This document shows positions 31,193 through 40,004 of a stretch of 64,000 nucleotides of DNA, piece by piece. Where the stretch lies: NCBI GenBank assembly GCA_034088265.1, contig JAXDWR010000078.1, forward strand, positions 39,335 through 103,334, written 5' to 3'. How positions within the stretch are numbered: position 1 is the first letter of the stretch; each line of letters opens with the position of its first letter. The notes beneath the pieces were generated by a model that was not told the origin of the DNA, ran no database searches, and saw only the letters and a program-made list of their open reading frames with translations. The translations under genes and the position numbers were made by a program. The DNA is from Collinsella sp. GTDB taxonomy: Bacteria > Actinomycetota > Coriobacteriia > Coriobacteriales > Coriobacteriaceae.

Positions 31193-32533
31193 TTAGGAAT
31201 TGGCAAGATAGTGGTCGAGCTCCCAATCGGTGATGGCCAGCGAGAACTTCTCCCACTCGGCGCGCTTCTTCTTGAGGAAGAAGCCGTGGATGTGCTCGCC
31301 AAGGGCATCCTTCATGAGCGGGGACTCCTCGAAGCGGTCAAGTGCCTCGGAGAGGTTGCCGGGGAGGCGCTTGAGGCCGTGGGCATCGAGGTCCTCGGAC
31401 GAGAGATCCTGGATCGAGAAGGTCGTCTCCTCGGGGAGCTCGAGACCGCGCTCGATGCCATCGAGGCCGGCGGCGAGCGTGACGGCGTTCACCAGATAGG
31501 GGTTGGCCATGGGATCGGGCGTCCTCAGCTCGATGCGCGTGGAGAGGTGCTTGCCCGGTTTGTAGATGGGGATGCGGATCATGGCGGCGCGGTTGCGCAG
31601 GCCCCAGGTCGCGTAGCACGGGCCGTTGCCCGTGCCCAAGGCGAGGCGCTTGTAGGAGTTGACCGTGGGGTTGGTGATGGCGGTTATCTCGGCGGCGTGC
31701 TCGATGATGCCCGCCATGTAGCTCTTCGCGATGGCGGAGAGATGCGAGTGAGCATCGTCCTCGCCCCAGAACACGTTGTTGCCTGCGCGGTCGAAGAGCG
31801 ACTGGTGCAGGAGCATGCCCGAGGAAGATTCCCTCGCCAGGGGCTTGGGCATGAAGCTCGCGTGGATCCCGGACTCAAAGGCCTCCAAACGGATCACGTG
31901 CTTGGCCGTCATGATGTTGTCGGACATGCCGAGGGCCTCGGCGTGCCGCAGGGAGATGCCGTGCTGCGAGCGACCCGACGAATGGAAGGTGTACTCGACC
32001 GGGACGCTCATCTTCTCGAGCATGAGGACGGTCGAGCGACGCAGGTCACGGGCGGAATCCGAGGGCGACAGGTCGAAATAGCGCACGTCGTCGAGGGGCG
32101 TCGGCGTGTGCTCGTCGGGGAAGTAGTAGAACTCGAGCTCGGCGCCGACGTTCAGGATGAAGCCCAGCTTCTCGGCGCGCTTGAACATGCGGCGCAGGCA
32201 TTCGCGGGGATCGCCCGCGAAGGGCTTGCGGTCGGGGGTGCACACGTCACAGAAAATCCGGGCGGCACCGTCGTGGTTGGGGCGCCAGGGCAGGATCTGG
32301 AAGGTCGAGGGATCGGGGAAGGCCAGCATGTCGGCCTCCTCGGGCGTCGTGAAGCCCTCGATGGCGGAACCGTCGAAGCCGATGCCCTCCTCGAAGGCGA
32401 CCTCTAGGTCCTCGGGGGCTATCGCGAGGCTCTTAAGGCGCCCGAGCACGTCGGTGAACCACAGGCGGATGAAGCGGATGTCGCGCTCCTCGACCGTCCT
32501 GAGGACGAAATCGATGTTTTGCTGTTGGTCCAT
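31193..32533 (-). CDS. Glutamine synthetase family protein (GlnA2-like) with degenerate active site
   Basis: RLWFTDVLGRLKS, FDGSAIEG, ELEFY, FMPKP, NSYKRL, NR...RIP and RIELR are present. HHE...QxE and GSGMH motifs are altered. Confidence 0.9.
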   Translation of the reverse strand: MDQQQNIDFVLRTVEERDIRFIRLWFTDVLGRLKSLAIAPEDLEVAFEEGIGFDGSAIEGFTTPEEADMLAFPDPSTFQILPWRPNHDGAARIFCDVCTPDRKPFAGDPRECLRRMFKRAEKLGFILNVGAELEFYYFPDEHTPTPLDDVRYFDLSPSDSARDLRRSTVLMLEKMSVPVEYTFHSSGRSQHGISLRHAEALGMSDNIMTAKHVIRLEAFESGIHASFMPKPLARESSSGMLLHQSLFDRAGNNVFWGEDDAHSHLSAIAKSYMAGIIEHAAEITAITNPTVNSYKRLALGTGNGPCYATWGLRNRAAMIRIPIYKPGKHLSTRIELRTPDPMANPYLVNAVTLAAGLDGIERGLELPEETTFSIQDLSSEDLDAHGLKRLPGNLSEALDRFEESPLMKDALGEHIHGFFLKKKRAEWEKFSLAITDWELDHYLANS

Positions 32534-32607
32534 GACACGCCCTTCCCTTTGGCGCGCGCCGGGGCGCACGAAGTCGATCGGTCAACGGGATATTCTCACA
32601 CACCTTT

Positions 32608-32627
32608 GTTTCACCCGCGTTTCACCC
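32608..32627 (-). promoter_or_regulatory. GlnR-type tandem box GAAAC-N6-GAAAC upstream of the glnA-like gene
   Basis: Direct repeat GTTTCACCC at 32608-32616 and 32619-32627 (11-bp period). Confidence 0.55.
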
Positions 32628-32656
32628 ACTCGACGATGACGGGATGCGGTGCCGCG

Positions 32657-32685
32657 TTGACGAGGCGATCGCCGGAGCCTATGAT
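32657..32685 (+). promoter_or_regulatory. Sigma70-type promoter for riboswitch-clcF
   Basis: TTGACG-17 bp-TATGAT, ending about 7 nt before the riboswitch. Confidence 0.75.
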
Positions 32686-32692
32686 AGCCGGT

Positions 32693-32757
32693 GCGGGATG
32701 GGGCTCCCGTTCGGTGCATGGATGCATCGTCAACCGCAAGAGCTGATGGCCTCTACT
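32693..32757 (+). ncRNA. Fluoride riboswitch (crcB motif)
   Basis: CGGGATGGGGCTCCCG...AACCGC-aaga-GCTGATGGCCTCTAC matches the GGxGAUG..UCxCC / AACCGC / GCUGAUG..CUAC pattern. GGGGC can pair with GCCUC (pseudoknot). Lies directly upstream of a CLC-F gene. Confidence 0.88.
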
Positions 32758-32782
32758 CCACCGTTTTGACTCGGAGGCATCC

Positions 32783-34042
32783 GTGGAGCCCATCATGCCC
32801 AAAGACCGTCCCGCATCGGCCATCCTGAGAACCGCTATGTCGAATATGATCCCCTGCCTGATCGCGCTGCCCATCGGCGCGGCGACCGGCGCCCTCGATG
32901 CCCTGTTCGGGCGAGTCCTGCTGGCCATAGGGGTCCTGCGCGACGCCCACCTCGTGCCCCTCGTCGCCGCGCTCCCCCTCGCGGGGCTGGCCATCGTATG
33001 GATGTACCGTCGATTCGGCGGGAGGGCGGGCGAGGGCATGGGCCTCGTCTTCGAAGTGGGCCTGGGCCGGGACGGGGAGATTCCCCTTCGCCTCATCCCC
33101 CTCGTCATGTTGAGCACCTGGGCCACGCACCTGACCGGGGGCAGCGCGGGGCGCGAGGGCGTGGCGGTGCAGATGGGTGCCGCCCTCTCCCACCAAGTCG
33201 GCAGGATCCTCGCCCCCCTCGGCCACGATTTTGGCAACACCTTCCTCATCATGGGCATGGCGGCGGGCTTCTCCGGGCTGTTCCACACCCCGCTCGCGGC
33301 GACGGCCTTCGCCATGGAGGTGCTCGTGGCGGGGAACATGGCCTATCGTTCGCTCTTCCCCGCGCTCGTGGCAGCCCTCGTATCCTGCGCGACATCTGAG
33401 TGGCTGGGTCTCACCCCCTTCGTGGCCCCCATCTCCCACCTCCCAACACTCGACGCAGGGCTCGGCGTGAGAATCGTGGTCTTGGGGATCGCCTGCGGGG
33501 TGGTCGGCGGGGGCTTTGCCTGGGCGCTCGCGCGTGCCAAGTCGACCGCGGCGCGCGTGGTCAACCCCTATCTCCGCGTCGCCGGTATGGGAGCCGTCCT
33601 CTCCATCCTGATCCTCTCCCTGGGACACGGGAGGTATGCGGGTCTCGGCACCAACCTCATAGGCATGGGCATCGCGGGATCGGGGATAGAGCCCTGGGAC
33701 TGGGCCCTCAAGTTCGCGCTCACGGCGGCGACCCTGGCTGCGGGATTCCAAGGAGGTGAGGTGACGCCACTCTTCTCGATAGGGGCGAGCCTGGGCGCCG
33801 CGGTGGCACCGCTTCTCGGCCTGCCCGTCCCCCTCGCCGCCGCATTGGGATACGTCGGGGTGTTCTGCGGCGCCACCAACACCTTCCTGGCTCCCGTCCT
33901 CATCGCGGCGGAGATCTTCGGGTTTGGAACCCTGCCCCTCGCCTTCCTGCTCTGCGCTGCCTCCTACAGCTGCAACCGCAACTCCTCCATCTATGCCAAG
34001 CAGCTCATCGCGGCCCACCCCACCCAGGCCCGCCCGCGCTGA
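32783..34042 (+). CDS. CLC family fluoride/proton antiporter (CLC-F, EriC-like)
   Basis: CLC-F signature motifs GMGLV, GREGV and GEVTP. GGAGG RBS before the GTG start. Confidence 0.9.
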   Translation: MEPIMPKDRPASAILRTAMSNMIPCLIALPIGAATGALDALFGRVLLAIGVLRDAHLVPLVAALPLAGLAIVWMYRRFGGRAGEGMGLVFEVGLGRDGEIPLRLIPLVMLSTWATHLTGGSAGREGVAVQMGAALSHQVGRILAPLGHDFGNTFLIMGMAAGFSGLFHTPLAATAFAMEVLVAGNMAYRSLFPALVAALVSCATSEWLGLTPFVAPISHLPTLDAGLGVRIVVLGIACGVVGGGFAWALARAKSTAARVVNPYLRVAGMGAVLSILILSLGHGRYAGLGTNLIGMGIAGSGIEPWDWALKFALTAATLAAGFQGGEVTPLFSIGASLGAAVAPLLGLPVPLAAALGYVGVFCGATNTFLAPVLIAAEIFGFGTLPLAFLLCAASYSCNRNSSIYAKQLIAAHPTQARPR

Positions 34043-34169
34043 CGAGGCAACAAAAAAGGGCCGGAGCTCGATGCTCCGGCCCTCTTCGGGACGAACGGGA
34101 GGCCCTGCTCCAAGCGGAGCCCGACTTCCTTGAGCTGGCGCGCGGAGACCGCTCCGGGGGCGTCGCTCA
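34005..34169. repeat. 165-bp direct repeat, left copy (3' end of clcF + terminator + copy of the aspS 3' end)
   Basis: Identical to 42855-43019 except at two positions (34045/42895 and 34107/42957). Confidence 0.97.
34052..34086. terminator. Bidirectional-type intrinsic terminator (duplicated at 42902-42936)
   Basis: AAAAAAGGGCCGGAGC-tcgat-GCTCCGGCCCTCTT. Confidence 0.8.
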
Positions 34170-34427
34170 GTCCGGAAGGTTGTCCAGATAATCCACGACA
34201 GCCTTGAAGGCCTCCTCCTCGTCCTCCCCCTCAACGCGAAGGGTGACTTCGGAACCACTCGCGACGCCGCTCGTCATGACGTTGATGATGCTCTTGGCGT
34301 TGATCTTCTTTCCATTGAAATCGAGGAAGATGGAGCTCGAGAAGGGGCCGCAGACCTCGACGAGCTTGGCGGCGGGGCGAGCGTGAAGCCCCGTCGCGTT
34401 TGAGATGATGATTTCTTTTTCGAGCAT
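34167..34427 (-). CDS. ptsH: HPr phosphocarrier protein
   Basis: GLHARPA (His15), NAKSI (Ser46) and EGEDE motifs. Confidence 0.93.
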   Translation of the reverse strand: MLEKEIIISNATGLHARPAAKLVEVCGPFSSSIFLDFNGKKINAKSIINVMTSGVASGSEVTLRVEGEDEEEAFKAVVDYLDNLPD

Positions 34428-34466
34428 GGCTCGATCCTTTCTCTAAAGAGGTCGCCGTGCGGCAAC

Positions 34467-35366
34467 CTATGGGAGCAGTGCGATCGCCACCGACATCGCG
34501 ATGATGGAGATGGGAACATAAGCCGAGTTGATGCATGCCGACAACTCGGCATCACGGTTTAGATAGCGCGTGTACACGCTGCTCACCGCGCTGATGGGGG
34601 CAAGGCAGAGCACCACCGCGACGCCCTTCGACGCCGACGGGATGGGAAGAGCCATCAACAGCGCGATGGCGACGAAGGAGAGTCCTAGTCTCATGCCGCA
34701 GTAAGAGGCTATGCGCGGCAGCATCTCGAACCCACTCGCGAATCCCATGGAGATCCCGATGACCATCATCGCTATGAAGGGGTTCGCCCGAGCGGCGATC
34801 TGGAGAGGGTCCATGAGCAATTCGGGAAGGCCCAACCCCGCAAGACACAGAACGACCATGACGGCGTACGTCGCGACCGGAACAGACCTCAGCACCGAGT
34901 TCAAAAGGTAGCTGAAGCTGAAACCCCGCCCACGCTCGACCTGCGACGCAACGGCATAGTTGACACCGAGGCACATGATCGAATTCCCCATGTCGAACAG
35001 GCCCGCCTGGGCCATCGCCTGCTGGTCCAACATGCCAGAGATGAAGGGCATGGCAAAGCAGCCGATGTTGTAGCCAGCTAGGTTGACCATGGCGAAACCG
35101 GACTCATCACGAGATCTTCCATAGAAGAACGCGAAGGTGAGGGCGACGACGTTGAAAAGGGCGCCCAAGACGACGAAGTAGAGATCGGGCAAGTCGAGGG
35201 CGGTCCCGTTGAGATTCACGGCGATGGACGCGGGAAGTGTCACTTTGAGCATGATCTCGGGAAGGACCTTCCGCGCGTCCCCGCTGATGAACCCCAGGGA
35301 GTTGAGCAAGAACCCTGCCACGATGATGCAGGCGAACCCGAGCGCATGCGTCAAAACACCGACCAT
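34467..35366 (-). CDS. AEC (auxin efflux carrier) family transporter
   Basis: Multi-TM protein with VTLPA, GYNIGCFAMPF, FDMGN and LAPIS motifs. Confidence 0.75.
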   Translation of the reverse strand: MVGVLTHALGFACIIVAGFLLNSLGFISGDARKVLPEIMLKVTLPASIAVNLNGTALDLPDLYFVVLGALFNVVALTFAFFYGRSRDESGFAMVNLAGYNIGCFAMPFISGMLDQQAMAQAGLFDMGNSIMCLGVNYAVASQVERGRGFSFSYLLNSVLRSVPVATYAVMVVLCLAGLGLPELLMDPLQIAARANPFIAMMVIGISMGFASGFEMLPRIASYCGMRLGLSFVAIALLMALPIPSASKGVAVVLCLAPISAVSSVYTRYLNRDAELSACINSAYVPISIIAMSVAIALLP

Positions 35367-35397
35367 GACCCATCAGCCCCACTCCCCGCAGCGCCAC

Positions 35398-36366
35398 CTA
35401 AGCGTCAAGGTGACGCGCTATCGAATCGTCCAAGAACGCCATCTCGTCGTCGGAGAGCGAGAGCGAGAACGCCTCGCAGTTCTCCCTCGCCTGGTCGACG
35501 TTGGCGACACCGACCAGTGAGGTGTCGACATACTCCTTGTGGGCCGCCCAGGAGAGAGCGATGTGGGCGAGCGGTCGGCCATATCGCTCCGCGAGGACAT
35601 CCATATCCGAAAGCAAGCCCTGGATCTTTGAGAACATGGGCTCTTTGAAATACGGATAGAAGGTGTTCCTGATATCCTTCTCGTCGAAATGCGGGAGCTC
35701 ACGGAACGCCCCCGACAGGATCCCGGCACCGAGGGAGCCATAGGCCATGGTCAGATACCCCTGCTCATGGCACCACTTGAACAGATCCTCCTGCTGGCGA
35801 TTGACCATGGCATAGGGCAGCTGGACCGCGTCGACGCGGCCAAAGCGGGCGGCATCCTCGATCTGATCGCGGTCGACGTTGGACACACCAACGTAGCGGA
35901 TCTTGCCTTGGCGCTTGAGATCTCCAAGGGCTTCCATGGTCTCTTGGATGGGAGTGCCCCCGTCGGGGTAATGCATGATATAGAGATCGATCCTGTCGGT
36001 GCGCAACCTCTTGAGGGACTCATCGATCTCGGACATGATCCTTTCGCGACTATTGTCGATGATTCGTTCCCCTGTCTTGGGGTCTTGGCTATTGCCGAAT
36101 TTCGTGACGAGGAACACGCGGTCGCGATACCCATCTTGAGCGAGGGCGGCACCGACGACGTTCTCGGACCCTCCGTCGCCGTATACCGGAGCGGTGTCGA
36201 TCAGGTTCACGCCCCCATCGATGAGGGCATGCAGGGCCTTGATCGATGTGGCATCCTCGACCTCCCCATAGCTTCTGCCATAGGCGTTCGTGCCACCCAT
36301 GGACCACGTCCCGGCACCGAGCGCGGAGACCTCGATGCCGCATCGCTCGCAGTTCTTATACAGCAT
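35398..36366 (-). CDS. Aldo/keto reductase (IolS-like)
   Basis: LGAGTW, IDTAPVYG, TKFG, SLKRLRTDRIDLY..HYPD and GKIRYVGVSN motifs. Confidence 0.92.
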   Translation of the reverse strand: MLYKNCERCGIEVSALGAGTWSMGGTNAYGRSYGEVEDATSIKALHALIDGGVNLIDTAPVYGDGGSENVVGAALAQDGYRDRVFLVTKFGNSQDPKTGERIIDNSRERIMSEIDESLKRLRTDRIDLYIMHYPDGGTPIQETMEALGDLKRQGKIRYVGVSNVDRDQIEDAARFGRVDAVQLPYAMVNRQQEDLFKWCHEQGYLTMAYGSLGAGILSGAFRELPHFDEKDIRNTFYPYFKEPMFSKIQGLLSDMDVLAERYGRPLAHIALSWAAHKEYVDTSLVGVANVDQARENCEAFSLSLSDDEMAFLDDSIARHLDA

Positions 36367-36381
36367 GCGGGATAACACCTC

Positions 36382-37266
36382 CTAGTCAAGCGCCTTCGCG
36401 GTGGAAAGCGTGTAGTCGCACCTGCCCGAGGATCCGATCATGCGCATGTATCCACGGATGTACTCGCGCATGGCGACCTGGGCCTCCTCCATGAGCAACA
36501 TCAAGTCCCTGCCGGGATCGTCATGAAGCACCTCGGCGATCCTGTCGCGACCGATCGCAAAGACGTCGGTGCACACGTTGATCTTGTTAATGCCGCACTC
36601 GATGGCGCGCTGGATGTTCCGCTCCCCAGCCCCAGATCCACCATGCAGCACCAGCGGCATCTTGAGCGCATCCTTGAGCTCCGAGAGACGATCGAAATCG
36701 AGCTGGGGGACAAACCCCTCGGGATACTTCCCGTGGGCGGTGCCGATGGCGACGGCAAGGGCGTCGACGCCGGTCTCTCCCACAAAACGCACCGCCGTCT
36801 CGACGTCGGTGAAGAAATCGACCTTCTGCCCGTCGCCATCACTCGCCTGCCCCACATGGCCGAGCTCCGCCTCGACCGAGGCTCCTTGAGCATGGGCCAT
36901 GGAGACGACCAGACGGGTCACGTCACGGTTCTCCTCGTAGGGAAGGGCCGAGCCATCGAACATGATCGAAGTGAACCCATATGAGAGCGCCTTGACGATA
37001 TCGGCGCGCTCCTGACCGTGATCGAGGTTGAGGGCGACCGGAACCGCGGCGCGCTTCGCCAGGCTCGACACCATGGGAACCATGGCATCCAAATCGGCAT
37101 GGAGCTTGAACTGTCGCGGGGAGATATTGACGATGATCGGAGAGCGCTCGAGCTCAGCTGCCTCGATGACCGCCCGCGCAACCTCCATGTTGCAGCTATT
37201 GCACGCCATGACCGCGTACCCATGCTCGTTGGCGTGATCGAGCATGTCCTTCATGGAAACAAACAT
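36382..37266 (-). CDS. Class II ketose-bisphosphate aldolase
   Basis: LDHG, SIMFDGS, VEAELGHVG, AIGTAHG, LVLHGGSG and KINV motifs. Confidence 0.92.
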   Translation of the reverse strand: MFVSMKDMLDHANEHGYAVMACNSCNMEVARAVIEAAELERSPIIVNISPRQFKLHADLDAMVPMVSSLAKRAAVPVALNLDHGQERADIVKALSYGFTSIMFDGSALPYEENRDVTRLVVSMAHAQGASVEAELGHVGQASDGDGQKVDFFTDVETAVRFVGETGVDALAVAIGTAHGKYPEGFVPQLDFDRLSELKDALKMPLVLHGGSGAGERNIQRAIECGINKINVCTDVFAIGRDRIAEVLHDDPGRDLMLLMEEAQVAMREYIRGYMRMIGSSGRCDYTLSTAKALD

Positions 37267-37275
37267 CGATACCCC

Positions 37276-38106
37276 TTACACGATACCCAAGAGCGCCATG
37301 ACGACGGCAAGGCCGAGGACCCCGAACAAGATGAAGTTGACGTTCACGCGCTTCTGCATGAGGAAGAGGCATCCAAGCGTGAGGGTCAGAGGAACCAGCC
37401 CCTTGAAAACGGAGTCGAGGTAGGTCTGAAGAAGGACGGGGTCCTGACCCTCGACCGCGAACTCGATGATCGAGTTGAACTTGACTTGGGCCGCGGTCAT
37501 ACCGCCCACCATCATGAGACCGAGGATGCTCGCGCACTTGGTGAACACCTTCATCATGCCGTTCTCGTTGATCTCGGTGATGAAGCTGCTGCCGACGGTG
37601 AATCCGACATAGGTCAGCCAATAGCGGCAGATGATGGAGGGGATGTTGTAGATGAGCAGGAAGAGGATGGGACCCATGATGGAGCCCTGAAGGGAGAGGT
37701 TGATGCCCACTCCCGCAGCGATCACACGGAGGACGCCCCAGAAGAACGAGTCGCCGATGCCGCTCAAAGGACCCATGAGCGCGGTCTTGATGGCGACGAT
37801 CGAATGAGGGTCGAAGGTGTCGGACTCGCTGTTCTCCTTCTCCATGCTCGCAACAAGGCCCATGCAGAAGGTGCCAAGGTTCTGCGTGATGTTGTAGAAC
37901 ATCGTATGGCGCATGAGGGCCTGACGGTGCCCTTCGGGATCGTCCTTGTAATAGCGATCGAACGCGGGAAGCATGGTCCAGATGAATGCGGCGGCATGCT
38001 GACGGACCTGGCCGCCGGAACGACCGGCGAAGATGGTGAAGGAGCGAAGGAAAATGCTGTTCAGCATCTTCCTATCTTCTTTGGAGAGCTGGTTGGCTTC
38101 TTTCAT
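37276..38106 (-). CDS. PTS mannose/fructose/sorbose family EIID
   Basis: RH..FYN and IKTALMGPLSGIGDSFFW motifs. Confidence 0.93.
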   Translation of the reverse strand: MKEANQLSKEDRKMLNSIFLRSFTIFAGRSGGQVRQHAAAFIWTMLPAFDRYYKDDPEGHRQALMRHTMFYNITQNLGTFCMGLVASMEKENSESDTFDPHSIVAIKTALMGPLSGIGDSFFWGVLRVIAAGVGINLSLQGSIMGPILFLLIYNIPSIICRYWLTYVGFTVGSSFITEINENGMMKVFTKCASILGLMMVGGMTAAQVKFNSIIEFAVEGQDPVLLQTYLDSVFKGLVPLTLTLGCLFLMQKRVNVNFILFGVLGLAVVMALLGIV

Positions 38107-38909
38107 GACAGGAAATCCTCCACATCGTCAGTCGAGGCCTTTGCGGAATCAGAGACACCGCTCGCCTTGAGGTTAAGAAGTTCCATATCGCGCTGGGCGA
38201 TGGCCGCGACGATCACCGCGCCGATGGCGGCGACAGCAATGAGCGGCAGCTGGAGATAGACCACCAAAATGAAGCCGAGGAGGAAGTAGAGTGAGAGCTC
38301 CTTGCTCCACAGCATCTTGAGGAGGATCGCGAAGCCGACAGCGGGCATGAGGTTGCCCGCCGCAACGAGACCGCGCATGATGACATCCGGGATGTTGCTC
38401 ACGAGCGTCTCCACTGCGGCCTGGCCCATGAGGACGCCGAAGAACATGATCGTTGCAAAGATGCCGAAGCGAAGGATCCACGCACCGAAGTTGATCATGG
38501 TGATGCCGCGAACATCGTCACGCTCGGCAGCCCTGTCGATGAAGGGGACGAAGGCCGAGAAGGCGATGTTGTTGATGAACATGGAGACGAAGGCCATCAG
38601 CACGCCGATGGGGACGGCGAGGGCGAGGGCGGCTTCGGCGTCGATGCCGCTCTGCGTCGCGAACACGACAGCGAAGACGGTGGCGGAAGCGGGTTCGGCC
38701 GACACCTGTCCGCCGATGTTCACCGCACCCATGAAGATCGCTTCGAGCGAGGCTCCCATGATGATTCCGGTCGTTGGATCGCCCAGCAAGATGCCTGCGA
38801 CAGCGCCCACGACGATGGGTCGCTCGATCATGCACTGGCCAAGCAGCCAGTTGCCGCCATAGCAGATGAAGTACGCCAAGGCGGCAAGAAGGGCAGTCGT
38901 CATATCCAT
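38103..38909 (-). CDS. PTS mannose/fructose/sorbose family EIIC
   Basis: RPIVVG...G..LGD...G...GASLE.IFMG..IGG and MPAVGFAILL motifs. Confidence 0.93.
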   Translation of the reverse strand: MDMTTALLAALAYFICYGGNWLLGQCMIERPIVVGAVAGILLGDPTTGIIMGASLEAIFMGAVNIGGQVSAEPASATVFAVVFATQSGIDAEAALALAVPIGVLMAFVSMFINNIAFSAFVPFIDRAAERDDVRGITMINFGAWILRFGIFATIMFFGVLMGQAAVETLVSNIPDVIMRGLVAAGNLMPAVGFAILLKMLWSKELSLYFLLGFILVVYLQLPLIAVAAIGAVIVAAIAQRDMELLNLKASGVSDSAKASTDDVEDFLS

Positions 38910-38952
38910 ACGGTTATACCTCCATTTCCTAGTGCCCTCTTACGCGTTGCCT

Positions 38953-39456
38953 CTATTCCCCCACCTCCGCGAGCAGCGAGGAGATGCTCGTCTTGGGATT
39001 GGTGGGAATGACCTGGGAATACACGGGGACATCTTGGTCGACGAGCTCGCGAAGATCGGCAAGCTCCCGGGGATTCAAGATGATGTAGGGGTTGAGCTGG
39101 GTCTTGAGGGTGGGATCGCTCTCGTCGAAGCGCCCGACATTCGCAACGTTCACCGAACCCACGAGACCCGGACAGGACTTCACGATCTCGAGGGCGTCAT
39201 GGACGTTGTTGGTGAGGACGAACATCCCCAAGTCCTTGGCACGAGGATCGTTGAAGACCTTGATGCTCTCGGCAACGGGTTTGATGAGCAGCTTGATGCC
39301 AGCAGGCGTGGCCATCTGGAGCGTCATCTTGGTGACGTCGTTCACCGCCGCGTCATCATTGGCGACAACGATGTGCTTGGTTCCAAGTTCCTTGGACCAG
39401 ACCAAGGCAACCTGTCCATGGATGAGACGATCGTCGATACGGATAGAGGAGATCAT
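38953..39456 (-). CDS. PTS mannose/fructose/sorbose family EIIB
   Basis: RIDDRLIHGQV phosphorylation motif. Confidence 0.94.
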   Translation of the reverse strand: MISSIRIDDRLIHGQVALVWSKELGTKHIVVANDDAAVNDVTKMTLQMATPAGIKLLIKPVAESIKVFNDPRAKDLGMFVLTNNVHDALEIVKSCPGLVGSVNVANVGRFDESDPTLKTQLNPYIILNPRELADLRELVDQDVPVYSQVIPTNPKTSISSLLAEVGE

Positions 39457-39512
39457 TTCCTTCACCTTTCTGGGGGCAGCCCCGCTTCCTTCCCGTTCCC
39501 ACGGGCCCTGTA

Positions 39513-39956
39513 TCAATCGAGGAACACGTCCTCGTCCTCGCACGCACCCAGAACCCCTTCCAGCTGGACCCTGGTCGCATGTGTTTGCCCGAGCAGCTCG
39601 TCGATGAGGTCCGCCGAGAGATCCCGGCTCTCAAGCAGAAGCGCTATGAGCGACATAAGGTTGGTGTCGGTGACCAAGAACACGTTGGCCGGGACGCCGC
39701 CGGGTCGCTCAGCGAGGGTGCAGACGACTTTTTGGTTGACGCTGCCGCCGGCGAGGTCGGTGAAGATCAGCCCCTCCTCGTCTTCTGCCACCCCATCGAT
39801 GAACGCGGCGATCTTGGGAGTGTAGTCACCGGGTTCCTCGTCGGTGTATGCATTGATGTCGATGATCGACTCACCCATGCCGGCAAGGATCTCGGCAGAG
39901 CTCTTGAAGCCCCGCGCCAGATACCCATGGGTCGCGATTAGCGTTTTCCGTCTCAT
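39513..39956 (-). CDS. PTS mannose/fructose/sorbose family EIIA
   Basis: IATHG and FTDLAGGSVN motifs. Confidence 0.92.
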   Translation of the reverse strand: MRRKTLIATHGYLARGFKSSAEILAGMGESIIDINAYTDEEPGDYTPKIAAFIDGVAEDEEGLIFTDLAGGSVNQKVVCTLAERPGGVPANVFLVTDTNLMSLIALLLESRDLSADLIDELLGQTHATRVQLEGVLGACEDEDVFLD

Positions 39957-39978
39957 TGGCCCTTCCTTTCAGGATGTG

Positions 39979-39993
39979 TTGGAAACGTTTCCC
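39979..39993. promoter_or_regulatory. cre/LacI-family-like operator
   Basis: Perfect palindrome GGAAACGTTTCC (39981-39992) with central CG, in the gap before EIIA. Confidence 0.5.
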
Positions 39994-40004
39994 GATCGGT
40001 CCCG

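Noticed and set aside
32753-34258. Minus-strand ORF sharing a near-identical peptide with ORF 42812-43714
   Set aside because: The shared peptide is just the translation of the 165-bp DNA repeat. Both ORFs overlap real genes.
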